DNA of 20,264 nt from an uncultured Spirochaetota bacterium (GTDB lineage: Bacteria > Spirochaetota > Spirochaetia > SZUA-6 > Fen-1364): positions 1-20,264 of the forward strand of contig CAVUXE010000080.1 of assembly GCA_963745235.1 (NCBI GenBank), given 5' to 3'. The position numbers and the translations under genes were made by a program. Position 1 is the stretch's first letter. The number at the start of each line of letters is the position of its first letter. Positions 1 through 9,716 of the stretch are shown here, piece by piece. The notes under the pieces were generated by a model. The model made no database searches. It was not told the origin of the DNA and saw nothing but the letters and a program-made list of their open reading frames with translations.

Positions 1-25
1 GTACAGAAGCGCTACTTACACCACA

Positions 26-1252
26 CTAGACAGCAGGCCCGGTTATCTCCTCAGATGACGCCTGCAGGCTGACCTTCTTGACCGTGCGCGCGCCGACCGC
101 GGAGGCAAGGAGGACCACGGCCCCGGCAAAGAACGCGGATGCGTATCCGAAGCCGGCGGAGAAGACCGCCCCGATCATGGGGCCCACTGCGGCCCCCGCT
201 GAGTTCATGCTGGTGTTCAGGCCGAAGATCACTCCCTGGCGGTTCTTGTCCGCGCGCATGGCTATCATGGCGTTGATGGAGGGCTCCGAGCCTCCCACCA
301 TCGCGCCTCCAAGGACGCGCAGGATGAGAAGCTGGATCGGGTTTTTGACAAAAGCCTGGGGCACGAAGACCAGGACGGCCCCCGAAAGGCAGAACGCGAG
401 AAGACGTTCGTAGCCGATCTTGTAGCTCACCCTGCCCAGGCCGGCGGAGGAGAGGGCCGCGGCGACGGCGCTCCCTCCCAGGATGAGCCCCGTCATGGCC
501 CCCACTTTCGTCTGCGTGGGTGAAAGGTACTGGATGAAGAGCGGCAGGATCGGAGAAACGGTATTCATGGCGATCTGCAGCCCGCCGGAGACCAGCAGCA
601 GCGTCACGAGCCCGGGAGAATGGGCAAGGGGAGAGAAGTCCGGAATGATCGATTTTATGAAGGACCCGGCCGGGCTCATCAACGTCGGCTCTTCCCTCAC
701 ATAGCGCATGACAATGAAGGCCGCGGCCAGGAGCAGGCCGGAGGTCACGAAAAAAGTGACCCGGTGCCCAAACAAGTCGGACAGGATCCCTCCCAGCGCG
801 GGTCCCACCGAAGCCCCGACATAGATGCCCGTCTGCAGCATGCCCAGGGTGAAACCGATCTGCTCCTTGGGAGAGATGGTGGCCACGAGGACCGTCGCCG
901 CGGCCACCGTGCCGGTGAGCGCGCCCTGGCCGGCACGCAGGACGACAATCTGCCACGGGCTGTTGGCGAACCCCATGAGTGCTATGAATACGGCGCCTCC
1001 GAACATTGCCCGAAGGAGCATCAGGCGCTTCCCGTAGGTGTCAGCCATCTGTCCCCAGAGCGGCGAAAAGACGAACATCGCCACTGCCGTGGCCGTGGCG
1101 CATGCCCCCACCCAGATGTTCAGCGCGCCGGGATCCGTCACCCCCATGTCCCGGATGAAGAATGGGATTATGGGAATCGAGGTTGTGAACCCGATGAGAG
1201 CGAGGATTTCACCGGCGAATATTGCGTAGAAGCTTCTTTTCCAGTTCGCCAT
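26..1252 (-). CDS. MFS transporter, DHA1 family (MdtG/TetA-like efflux permease)
   Basis: Intact ORF with about 12 hydrophobic segments. MFS motif A 'WGQMADTYGKRLMLL', 'LRAGQG', and antiporter motif-C-like 'GASVGPALGG'. The ATG at 1252 (MANWKRSF) is preferred over the ORF-track start at 1306. Confidence 0.9.
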   Translation of the reverse strand: MANWKRSFYAIFAGEILALIGFTTSIPIIPFFIRDMGVTDPGALNIWVGACATATAVAMFVFSPLWGQMADTYGKRLMLLRAMFGGAVFIALMGFANSPWQIVVLRAGQGALTGTVAAATVLVATISPKEQIGFTLGMLQTGIYVGASVGPALGGILSDLFGHRVTFFVTSGLLLAAAFIVMRYVREEPTLMSPAGSFIKSIIPDFSPLAHSPGLVTLLLVSGGLQIAMNTVSPILPLFIQYLSPTQTKVGAMTGLILGGSAVAAALSSAGLGRVSYKIGYERLLAFCLSGAVLVFVPQAFVKNPIQLLILRVLGGAMVGGSEPSINAMIAMRADKNRQGVIFGLNTSMNSAGAAVGPMIGAVFSAGFGYASAFFAGAVVLLASAVGARTVKKVSLQASSEEITGPAV

Positions 1253-1318
1253 CGGTCGTACAGGTGCGAAGGCGGCAAGTGTATGCTTCCGAAGGGATTC
1301 GATCAATCCGGGTCTCTC

Positions 1319-1346
1319 TTGACGCGGTTCCTTTCCGTGATGTAAT
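1319..1346 (+). promoter_or_regulatory. Putative sigma70 promoter of the arsR-ATPase operon
   Basis: TTGACG (1319-1324), 16 bp spacer, TGTAAT (1341-1346) preceded by TGn (extended -10). Lies just upstream of the operator. Confidence 0.55.
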
Positions 1347-1348
1347 GT

Positions 1349-1372
1349 TCATTTGAACACTCGTTCAATTGA
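1349..1372. promoter_or_regulatory. SmtB/CadC-type operator (inverted repeat)
   Basis: TCAtTTGAAC-ACTC-GTTCAAtTGA. The core TGAACA-CT-CGTTCA matches the 6-2-6 core of SmtB/ZiaR-type operators and lies between the promoter and the RBS (GAGGAG, ~1386). Confidence 0.75.
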
Positions 1373-1396
1373 TACAAGATATCAAGAGGAGATTGA

Positions 1397-1744
1397 ATGG
1401 TCGCCCAGTGCAGTGAACGTGTCGTGCATCCTGAGGCTGTGCGCGCGGGAAAGGCAATGATTCCGTCCGTGGAGGACCTCCAGGGAATGGGCTACTTCTT
1501 CAAGGTGCTGGGGGACCAGACGCGCCTTCGGATCCTGCACGCCCTCCTCGCCGGAGAGCTGTGCGTCTGCGACATCGGAGAGACCCTTGGCATGAGCGTC
1601 TCGGCGATCAGCCACCAGCTTGCCGTGCTGAAGGGGGCGCGCCTCGTGCGGCATCGCCGCGAGGGGAAGGTAATCTACTACACGATCAGCGACGATCACG
1701 TCGGCAGTCTTCTTGGCTCGACCCGGACGCACCTGTCAGAATGA
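1397..1744 (+). CDS. ArsR/SmtB-family metal-sensing transcriptional repressor (CadC/ZiaR-like)
   Basis: 115 aa. 'FKVLGDQTRLRIL', alpha3 'ELCVCD', HTH 'SVSAISHQLAVLK', alpha5 site DxH-x10-H-x2-E (DDHVGSLLGSTRTHLSE). Good RBS. Stop overlaps the next ATG (ATGA). Confidence 0.93.
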   Translation: MVAQCSERVVHPEAVRAGKAMIPSVEDLQGMGYFFKVLGDQTRLRILHALLAGELCVCDIGETLGMSVSAISHQLAVLKGARLVRHRREGKVIYYTISDDHVGSLLGSTRTHLSE

Positions 1745-3614
1745 GCGCACGACACTACAGTCCAGCTCGCGCCCTCCTTTTCCTGGCAGGCGGAAGCGCT
1801 CTCCTTGCACTCGGGGTCATTCTCCGGGGCACTCTTGCCGCCTCTGCGTGGCCATGGCTCGAATACGCGATTTTCGGCGCTGCCTACCTGCTGGCGGGGT
1901 GGAACGTCCTGGCCGGAGCGCTCCGCGGCATCGTCCACGGCCGGGTTTTCGACGAGAACTTCCTGATGACCGTGGCAACGGCGGGCGCCTTTGCAATCCA
2001 TCAGCTCTGGGAAGCGGTCGCCGTGATGGTCTTCTACAAGGTGGGGGAGATCCTGGAGGATGTCTCGGTGGACCGGAGCAGGAGGTCCATCAGCAGGCTC
2101 CTGGAGCTTCGCCCGGATGTCGCCCGGGTGCGCCGCGGCGACACTCTCTTGGAAGTGAAGCCAGAGCAGGTCGCCGTGGGTGAAGAGATTGCGGTGCGCC
2201 CCGGCGAGAGGGTCCCCCTGGACGGCCTGGTGCTCTCGGGGAGCGGGTTCGTGGACACTTCCGCGCTGACGGGTGAGCCCGTTCCGAGGCGCGTCGGAGC
2301 CGGGCAGGGAGGTCCTTGCCGGGTCCATCAGCACGGACGGCTCCCTCGTGATTCGCGCCACACGGAGCGCCGGCGAGTCCAGCGCGGCCAGGATCATTTC
2401 CCTGGTGGAGAGCGCGACGCAGTCGAAGGCAAAGACCGAGCGCTTCATTCGAAGGTTCGCCAGGGTCTACACGCCGCTCGTCGTTGCCGCCGCGGCAATG
2501 GTCGCGTTTGTTCCGCCCCTTGTGGTCCCGGGGGCGTCGCTTCACGACTGGGTCTATCGCGCCCTTACCATGCTTGTCGTCTCCTGCCCGTGCGCCCTGG
2601 TCGTCAGCGTGCCCCTGGGATATTTCGGCGGGGTCGGGGGAGCCTCGCGGCACGGCATCCTGGTGAAAGGTGCTGCGTTCCTGGACACGCTTGCGCGCGT
2701 GAGGACCGTGGTCTTCGACAAGACCGGCACGCTGACACGGGGCGCGTTCACGGTCACCGCTGTCAATCCCCGAAACGGCGTGGGCAGACCACAACTGCTG
2801 CGCTACGCCGCGCTGGCGGAGGCGCACTCCAACCACCCTATCGCGGCCTCCATTCGGGAGGCATGGGCGGGTCAGATTTCCGGCCAGAGCGTGACGCGAC
2901 TACCAGGAGGTCGGCGGCCAGGGCGTCACCGCGCGCGTGGACGGCCACGAGGTCATGGCCGGCAACGACAGGCTCCTGCACAGGCTGGACATCCCCCATG
3001 ACACCTGCTGCATCGACGGCACCGCGGTCCATGTCGCCGTGGATGGCAAATATGCCGGCTACCTCGTGATCGGCGATGAAACGCGAGACGGGGCGGCGGA
3101 GGCCATCCGCGGACTGCGCTCACTGGGTGTCGGGCACACCGCCCTGCTCACCGGAGACGGGCAGGAAGTTGCGCGGAGCGTTGCCGCGCAGCTGGGGATC
3201 GACGAGTGCCACGGCGACCTGCTGCCAGCGGAAAAGGTGTCGCTCCTGGAAAAGATCATGGCTGAGCGCGGCGCGCGGGGCGCCACCGCGTTCGTGGGGG
3301 ACGGCATCAACGACGCGCCGGTCCTGGCGCGCGCGGATGTGGGGATTGCCATGGGAGGGTCGGGAGCGGATGCCGCGGTGGAGACGGCTGACGTGGTGCT
3401 GATGACGGACAGCCCGGCGAAGATCGTGGAGGCCGTCCGCCGCGCGCGCCGAACGCGGGCCATCGTGATGCAGAACATCGTGTTCGCCCTCGGCGTGAAA
3501 GGCATCTTCCTGGCCCTTGGCGCGTTCGGGGTGGCAACGATGTGGGAGGCCGTGATCGCGGACATGGGCGTGGCGCTTGTGGCCATCTTGAACGCCACGC
3601 GGGCAATTCGGTAG
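1741..3614 (+). CDS. cadA: Heavy-metal-translocating P1B-type ATPase (Zn/Cd/Pb, P1B-2), with two apparent +1 frameshifts (~2295-2309 and ~2894-2897)
   Basis: Joining ORF frames 1561, 2273 and 2937 gives DENFLM, PGERVPLDG, DTSALTGEP, SCPCALV, DKTGTLT, SNHP, LLTGD, GDGINDAP, TM Lys (VKG) and ADMG. Confidence 0.9.
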
Positions 3615-3627
3615 GGGGCGTGCCCCG

Positions 3628-5273
3628 CTACTCGATGTCCTTTTCCCTGATCTCGACCCGGCGGATCTTTCCGCTGATGGTCTTGGGAAGCTCGGTGACG
3701 AACTCGATGATCCGCGGATACTTGTACGGGGCCGTTGTCTTCTTCACGTGCTCCTGGAGCTCGGTGGCAAGCTCCGGGCTCGCCGCATAGCCCTTTGCCA
3801 GGACAACGGTCGCCTTCACCACCGCGCCGCGGTCCGGGTCAGGCACGCCCGTCACCGCGCACTCCAGCACCGCCTGATGCTCGATGAGCGCGCTTTCCAC
3901 CTCGAACGGACCGATGCGGTACCCCGAGCTCTTGATCACGTCGTCTGTCCTGCCGACAAACCAGAAGTAGCCGTCCTCGTCCCGCCAGGCGACATCTCCC
4001 GTGTGATACAGCCCGTCGTGCCAGGTGCGGGCCGTCAGGTCCGGGTCCCGGTAGTAGCCGTGGAACATGCCCACCGGCCTGCGCGAGTCCGTGCGGACGA
4101 CGATCTGGCCCTTTTCTCCGACGTCGCAGGGCTTTCCGTCGTCGTCGATCAGGTCGATGTCGTAGCCCGGTGAGGCGAGTCCCATGGAGCCCGGCTTGGG
4201 AGTCATCCAGGGAAAGACGGCTATGGCAACCGTCATCTCCGTCTGGCCGTATCCCTCCATCAGCTTGATTCCCGTGAGGTCGAGGAAGCGCTCGTAGACC
4301 TCCGGGTTCAGAGGCTCCCCCGCGACCGTGCAGTAGCGCAGCGCCGAAAAGTCGCATCGGGAGAAGTCCTCCCTGATGAAGAACCGGTAGATCGTCGGCG
4401 GCGCGCAGAACGTCGTCACCCTGTGCTTCGCAATGACGCCAAGAAGGGCTTCGGGGACGAACCTGTCGTAGTCATAGACGAAGACGGCAGAGCCGCACAG
4501 CCACTGGCCGTAGATCTTGCCCCACGCCGCCTTGGCCCAGCCGGTGTCCGCCACGGTGAGGTGGAGGCCGCCGTCCTGCACGTTCTGCCAGTACTTCGCC
4601 GTGAGGATGTGCCCCAGGGGATAGGCGAAGTCGTGCTGCACCATCTTGGGCATTCCCGTGGTGCCGGAGGTGAAATACAGGAGGCTCGGGTCGGTGTTTT
4701 CCGTGGGCATGCGCGAAAGGGCTGTCCCCGCTTTTTCCAGCGCGGCGTTCAGATCGAGCCATCCGGCTCTCCGGCAGCCCAGGGCGATTCGGTAGCGCAG
4801 CGTGGGGGATTCAGAGACCGCCGCATCAACGTTGTCCAGCACCTTCTCTTCGTTGACCGCGACGATGGCCTTCACGCTCGCGGCGTTGTTCCTGTAGGCG
4901 ATGTCCTTCTTCGTGAGCAGGTGGGTGGCGGGGATGGCGATGGCCCCGATCTTGTGCAGGCCCAGGAGGCAGAACCAGTACTCGTAGCGCCTCTTGAGGA
5001 TCAGCATCGACCGGGTCTCCGCGCTGGATCCCGATGGACAGGAAGAACGTGGCCGCCCGTGTGGACATCTCCGCCATCTGGCCGAAAGGTGAAGGAGGCC
5101 TCCGCGCCTTTCTCATCGCACCACACGAGGGCAGGCTTTGCCGGGGCCGTCCGCGCGATCTTGTCCACCACGTCCCACGCGAAGTTGAACCTTTCCGGCA
5201 CCGTCACGGAGAAACCCTTTGCCATGTCCTCGTAGGAGGAGAAATCCGTCTTTTTCATGAACTGCTCGAGCAT
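3628..5273 (-). CDS. AMP-forming short/medium-chain acyl-CoA synthetase (acetyl-CoA synthetase-like), two apparent frameshifts (~5085, ~5008)
   Basis: Motifs [48 protein letters not shown] and [11 protein letters not shown]. The N-terminus (MLEQFMKK...FNFAWDVVD) is in ORF 5001..5273 and is bridged by '[23 protein letters not shown]' in another frame. GGAAGGA RBS upstream. Confidence 0.9.
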
Positions 5274-5285
5274 GGTGTTCCTTCC

Positions 5286-5840
5286 TTAGAGTATGACCGC
5301 GATGAGCTTGGCCGGCGCGCCGCCCTGCGCCTTGAGGCCGTGCGGGTGCATGGCATCGAAGTAGATGGAATCTCCGGGGGACAGCTGGACCTCGTGCCCT
5401 CCCACCACAACCCTGAGATCTCCCTCCAGGAGGTAGTTGAACTCCTGGCCCGGGTGGGCATTCAGCGGAATGGGGTCCGCCGCGGACCGCGACGGTACCG
5501 TGATAAAGAAGGGCTCCATCCGCCTGTTGATGAAGTTGTGGGCAAGGCTCTGGTAGCCGTAGTCCCTGCGCCGCTCCACGGTGACGCCTTTGCCGGCCCG
5601 GGTCACCGCGTAGACGTGCAGGCGCGGCTCCTCCCCCGTGAGAAGCGACGTGAGGTCCACGTGGAACTTGTGGGCCACCTGGTAGAGGAAGCTCGCCGGG
5701 ATGTCCGCCTGGCCGCTCTCGTAGCTGCGGTAGGTTTCAGCCGGGATGCCGAGGTCCTGGGCGCACGTCTCCACAGAGAGCCTGGCGATGTCACGCAGGC
5801 CGCGGATCCTGTCCGCGATCTGCCGGATCTGCTCGTTCAT
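5286..5840 (-). CDS. XRE-family HTH transcriptional regulator with C-terminal cupin domain
   Basis: N-terminal HTH 'RIRGLR...SVETCAQDLGI...YESGQADIP'; cupin 'HPGQEFNYLLEG...GDSIYFDAMHPHG'. ATG at 5840 with AGGAGG RBS at 5847-5852. Confidence 0.9.
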   Translation of the reverse strand: MNEQIRQIADRIRGLRDIARLSVETCAQDLGIPAETYRSYESGQADIPASFLYQVAHKFHVDLTSLLTGEEPRLHVYAVTRAGKGVTVERRRDYGYQSLAHNFINRRMEPFFITVPSRSAADPIPLNAHPGQEFNYLLEGDLRVVVGGHEVQLSPGDSIYFDAMHPHGLKAQGGAPAKLIAVIL

Positions 5841-5877
5841 GAGCGGCCTCCTGAATTGGTAGGGAAAGGACTCGAAC

Positions 5878-5905
5878 ATTCTACAGGAAGGAAGTCCACG
5901 GTCAA
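5878..5905 (-). promoter_or_regulatory. Putative sigma70 promoter of the XRE-cupin/acyl-CoA synthetase operon
   Basis: Minus strand reads TTGACC-16 bp-TAGAAT, back-to-back with the padR promoter. Confidence 0.6.
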
Positions 5906-5916
5906 GCAAAAATCGC

Positions 5917-5945
5917 TTGACATTAATATATCCTGGGGATATATT
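5917..5945 (+). promoter_or_regulatory. sigma70 promoter of the padR-ABC operon
   Basis: TTGACA (5917-5922), 17 bp spacer, TATATT (5940-5945); near consensus. Confidence 0.75.
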
Positions 5946-5972
5946 AGCTCAGGATATATTACTGGAGGATAT
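5924..5972. promoter_or_regulatory. Putative PadR operator array: perfect 10-3-10 palindrome plus three 15-bp tandem units
   Basis: TAATATATCC-TGG-GGATATATTA (5924-5946). Units ATATCCTGGGGATAT / ATTAGCTCAGGATAT / ATTACTGGAGGATAT (5928-5972) overlap the -10, the likely transcription start and the GGAGG RBS. Confidence 0.7.
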
Positions 5973-5977
5973 GATTT

Positions 5978-6535
5978 GTGAAACGTGAGAATACCACTAG
6001 GTACGCCATTCTCGGGCTTCTGAGCATCATGCCCTGCTCAGGGTACGACCTGAAGAAGCTCTCGGACATGTCCATATCTCATTTCTGGAGTGAGAATTAT
6101 GGACATATCTACCCCGTCCTTCGAAAGCTCGAAGAGGACGGCATGGTGACCCGTGAATCCAGCCAGACTCCGGGAAGGCCGCCCAAGAGCGTTTATCGTG
6201 TCACTCAGAAAGGGACGGCAGAGCTGAACAGCTGGCTGCAGAAGCCAGTGGAGTATCACCCGTTTCGCAACGAGCTTCTCCTCAAGATTTTCTTTGCGCG
6301 GGATATCCCCCTTTCCAACGTGAAAGAGAAGCTCCAGAGGGAGCGCGAAAGACAGGCCCAAAGCCTCGAAACATTCCTCGGCATTGAGGCGATGTTGAAG
6401 AGCTCAGAGCCGTACAAAAGCCAGAAGGCCCTGCCGTTGTGGCTGTCAACCCTTGACCTCGGGAAACGAGTGTCGCAGGCAATCATTGAATGGTGCGACG
6501 AGACAATGAAAGGAGACTTGCATGTCGCTCATTAG
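5978..6535 (+). CDS. PadR-family transcriptional regulator (long AphA/PadR subfamily with C-terminal dimerisation domain)
   Basis: 'YAILGLL...SGYDLKK...FWSENYGHIYPVLRKLEEDG...YRVTQKG...L..WL' plus C-terminal 'RNELLLKIFF'. GTG start with GGAGG RBS. Confidence 0.92.
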   Translation: MKRENTTRYAILGLLSIMPCSGYDLKKLSDMSISHFWSENYGHIYPVLRKLEEDGMVTRESSQTPGRPPKSVYRVTQKGTAELNSWLQKPVEYHPFRNELLLKIFFARDIPLSNVKEKLQRERERQAQSLETFLGIEAMLKSSEPYKSQKALPLWLSTLDLGKRVSQAIIEWCDETMKGDLHVAH

Positions 6536-7208
6536 CGTGAGGAACGTTCAGAAGAGCTACCGGCTGGAGAGGACGGACACACCCGCCCTCATGGATGTCA
6601 GCCTTGATATCCAGGCCGGCGAACGCGTCTGCCTCATGGGCCCTTCCGGGAGCGGGAAGTCCACGCTCCTCAACCTGATCGGGTGCATCGACACGCCGAC
6701 CGCGGGGAGCGTGATCGTGGACGGTGAGGACACCGGCAGGCTTGCGGATGCGCGGCTGTCCGAGTTCAGGAACAGGCGCATGGGTTTCATCTTCCAGAGC
6801 TTCAACCTGATCCCGGTTCTCTCGGTCTTCGAGAACGTCGAGTACCCGCTGCTGCTGCAGAAGGTCCCTGCCCGGGAAAGGCGGGCGCGGGTGGAAGAGC
6901 TCCTGGGGAAGGTCGGGATTGCGGAATACGCCAGGCGCAGCCCGGAGAACCTATCCGGCGGCCAGCGGCAGCGGGTGTCCATTGCCCGGGCCCTCGTTGC
7001 CCGTCCGCGGCTGGTGATCGCGGACGAGCCCACCGCGTCCCTGGATCACGCCACGGGCAGCTCGATCATGCAGCTCATGGTGGAGATGAACGAGAGCGAA
7101 GGGGCAACCCTGATCTTCTCCACGCATGACCCCGCCGTGTCCCGCTACGCCAGGAGAATCGTCAAGATGCTGGACGGCCGGATCTCCGAAGACGGGAGCG
7201 CCGCATGA
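6522..7208 (+). CDS. ABC transporter ATP-binding protein, LolD/MacB-like
   Basis: Walker A GPSGSGKST, 'GFIFQSFNLIP', signature LSGGQRQRV, Walker B/D-loop IADEPTASLD, H-loop STHD. Confidence 0.95.
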   Translation: MSLISVRNVQKSYRLERTDTPALMDVSLDIQAGERVCLMGPSGSGKSTLLNLIGCIDTPTAGSVIVDGEDTGRLADARLSEFRNRRMGFIFQSFNLIPVLSVFENVEYPLLLQKVPARERRARVEELLGKVGIAEYARRSPENLSGGQRQRVSIARALVARPRLVIADEPTASLDHATGSSIMQLMVEMNESEGATLIFSTHDPAVSRYARRIVKMLDGRISEDGSAA

Positions 7209-8439
7209 AGACAATCATCATGGCCTGGCGGAACCTTCTCCGCCAGAAGCGACGCACCCTGATCACGCTTTCCGCGCTGATCGTCGGCCTGTGCGGCGTG
7301 GTGGTGTTCCAGGGATACATCACGTCGCTGATGAGGAGCTTCCGTGACGCGACCATCCGGTCGGGCATCGGGCACCTGCAGATCGCCCGATCTCCGGAAT
7401 ATTTCGAGGACGGGGAGTTCAACCCTTATGCCTATGCCCTGAAGGACGATGAGAAGCTGATCTCCGGGCCTGGCGGATGCAGCCCGGCGTCCTGGCGGCG
7501 TTTCCCTCCACCGGATTCACCGCCATAGCGGGGAAGGGGGAGAAGTCAGTAACCCTCCTGGTGAAGGCGTACCCGGCGGAGCGGATGTTCTTCGCGCCGG
7601 CACGGGGACGCGTCTCGCCGCCGGCTCGACCGCTTCGGGCTGGGAACGCTTCTTGCCGGGTCTCCCCCGTCCGCCGGGGAGAAGGACCGGCTGGTCCTCG
7701 GGGAAACCGCGGCGCGCATCCTTGGCGTCACTGCCCGGCTCGGTTGTCACGCTGATGGCGGTGCTCCCGGACGGCGGGCTCAACGGCCGGGACTTCACCG
7801 TGGACGCTGATCTACAAGGCCCCCGGGCGGGACAAGATCTTTGCCTTCACGGACTACGCCACGGCGGTGGACTTCACCGGAATCCAGGGCGCGGCCGTGG
7901 TCCACGTGCTGGCAAAAGACATCCGCGCGGTGGCCTTCCCTAGCCGGCATCCGTGCCCGCGGACCACGCCGTTCGCACCTGGCACGACCTTGCCACCTAT
8001 TTCGTCCAGGTGAACACGATGTTCACGCGGGTTCCTCAACGTGATCCGCGCAATCATCCTTCTGGTCACCCTTTTCATCATGGCAAACACGATGAACAGG
8101 ATCGTGCGGGAGCGGATGCGTGAGTGGGGAACGCTTCGGGCAATGGGCATGAAGAAGAAGAGCATCCTCCTCCTCGTCGTCCTGGAAGGCTGCTTCCAGG
8201 GGATCATCGGCGCGGCGCTCGGGATCCTCCTGGGGTTCGGCGTGTCGGCGCTCCTCAACCTGGGCGGCGGGATCCCGTTCATGGCGGATGGCCAGCGCGT
8301 GATGGTGAAGCTGCTTCCCAGCGGCCAGTCCATCTGGTGGAACCTCATTCTTGCCGGGCTGTTTGCAGCGGTTGCCTCATTCCTTCCCGGCCTGCGTGCC
8401 GTGAAGCTCACCCCTTCAGAATGCCTGCGCCAGGTCTAG
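7205..8439 (+). CDS. ABC transporter permease, FtsX/MacB-PCD (LolC/E-like), at least five apparent frameshifts between ~7465 and ~8030
   Basis: N-terminus 'AWRNLLRQKRRTLIT...GHLQI'; internal pieces across frames ('LVLGETAARILGV', 'RTWHDLATYF'); C-terminus 'ERMREWGTLRAMG...PGLRAVKLTPSECLR'. Paralogous to the next gene. Confidence 0.82.
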
Positions 8440-8465
8440 GGCGCCGGTGAAAAGCGGAGTCGCAC

Positions 8466-9707
8466 ATGGTACATCCTCTGAAGACAATCCTCATGGCGCT
8501 GCGGAACCTCCTGCGCGGAGGCCGCCGCACCGTCTCCACCCTTCTTGCCATCACGGTCGGCCTGGTAGGCCTGACTCTCCTGGACGGGTACATCACGTAT
8601 TCGATGAACGGCCTGCGGGAGACCGTCATCCACTCCGGAACGGGCCACCTGCAGGTGGTGAAGTCACCGGAGTTCTTCGACGAGGGGGACACGGACCCGT
8701 TCCCGTTCATGCTGGACGACGCGCGGCGGATCGAGGCAGAGCTTCGCGCCATGCCTGAGGTCAAGGACGTCGTCCCTGGTCTCTCCTTCACCGCTGTTGT
8801 CAGCGCCAACGGAAAGACGAGCACGGTCATGGTGAGCGCGCTTCCCACGGCGCCGGCCAGCGCCAACCTGAGCGGCAGGAGCATAGATCGGGGAGTGGAC
8901 CTTGCGCCCGGCGCGCAAGGGAAGATTCTGGTGGGCCGGGGCGTAGCCCGCAAGCTCGGCCTTGCCCCCGGCGCATCGCTCTCCCTCTTTGCCCTGAGCA
9001 GCGGGGGAGGCGTGAACACCCAGAGCTACACCATAGCCGGCACCACCTCCACGATCATTGCGGCCGTGGACAACGTGTCGGTCTCCATGGACCTTGGGGA
9101 CGCGCAGGCCCTCCTGGGAACCCAGGCGGTGCCTCAGCTCATCGTGTTCCTGAAGAAGACCTCGGACACTGCCCGCACGGCTGCCGCCGTTCGCGGCGCG
9201 CCGCCGTCATCTGCCCTCCACGGTCTGACTGTTCGGACCTGGGAGGAGCTGTCGCCGTATTACCGCCAGGCCAACTCCGCGTATCAGCTTGTCCTGGGGG
9301 TGGCGCGGCTCATTGTCCTGATCGTCGCCCTGTTCTCGATCTCCGGCACCCTGTCCCTCGCCGTCATGGAGCGGCTCCGCGAGGTCGGGACCCTGAGGGC
9401 GTTCGGGACACGCAGACCCCGTGTCCTCCTGATGCTGCTGTTCGAGGGCCTCATCCTTGGCCTGGGCGGAGCGCTCATTGGCTGCCTGGCGGGCGGTGGG
9501 CTTTCCGGGCTCATCAACGTGCTCGGGGGAGTCACGATGCCACCGCAGCCAGGGACCTCGTCGGCTTTCAAGATCCTGTTCACTCCTGAGGTATCCAAGT
9601 TCTTTGCCAACGCGGCCTGGGTCCTGGTGGCGTCAATTGTCGGAGCCCTTTTTCCAGGGATGCTTGCATCCCGCAGAAATATCGCGGACCTTCTCCGCGC
9701 TCGGTAG
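8466..9707 (+). CDS. ABC transporter permease, FtsX/MacB-PCD (LolC/E-like)
   Basis: Intact 413 aa ORF. 'ALRNLLRGGRRT', 'GHLQV', large periplasmic loop, 'RTWEEL', 'ERLREVGTLRAFG', three C-terminal TMs. Confidence 0.92.
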   Translation: MVHPLKTILMALRNLLRGGRRTVSTLLAITVGLVGLTLLDGYITYSMNGLRETVIHSGTGHLQVVKSPEFFDEGDTDPFPFMLDDARRIEAELRAMPEVKDVVPGLSFTAVVSANGKTSTVMVSALPTAPASANLSGRSIDRGVDLAPGAQGKILVGRGVARKLGLAPGASLSLFALSSGGGVNTQSYTIAGTTSTIIAAVDNVSVSMDLGDAQALLGTQAVPQLIVFLKKTSDTARTAAAVRGAPPSSALHGLTVRTWEELSPYYRQANSAYQLVLGVARLIVLIVALFSISGTLSLAVMERLREVGTLRAFGTRRPRVLLMLLFEGLILGLGGALIGCLAGGGLSGLINVLGGVTMPPQPGTSSAFKILFTPEVSKFFANAAWVLVASIVGALFPGMLASRRNIADLLRAR

Positions 9708-9716
9708 GAGCATGCC

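Noticed and set aside
2273-2900. Programmed ribosomal frameshifting or phase variation in the ATPase and other split genes
   Set aside because: There are no slippery heptamers or long repeat tracts, and the shifts are scattered over unrelated genes, which fits sequencing error better.
3614-3627. Small GGGG-CGTG-CCCC hairpin between convergent genes, sharing GGGGGCGTGCC with the hairpin at 16200-16210
   Set aside because: The stem is too short with no U-tract, and two copies of an 11-bp GC-rich word are not enough to call a REP-like repeat.
5928-5972. Tandem 15-bp units as a mini-CRISPR or iteron array
   Set aside because: There are no spacers, the units are too short, and no cas or rep gene is present. 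The position over the promoter fits an operator.
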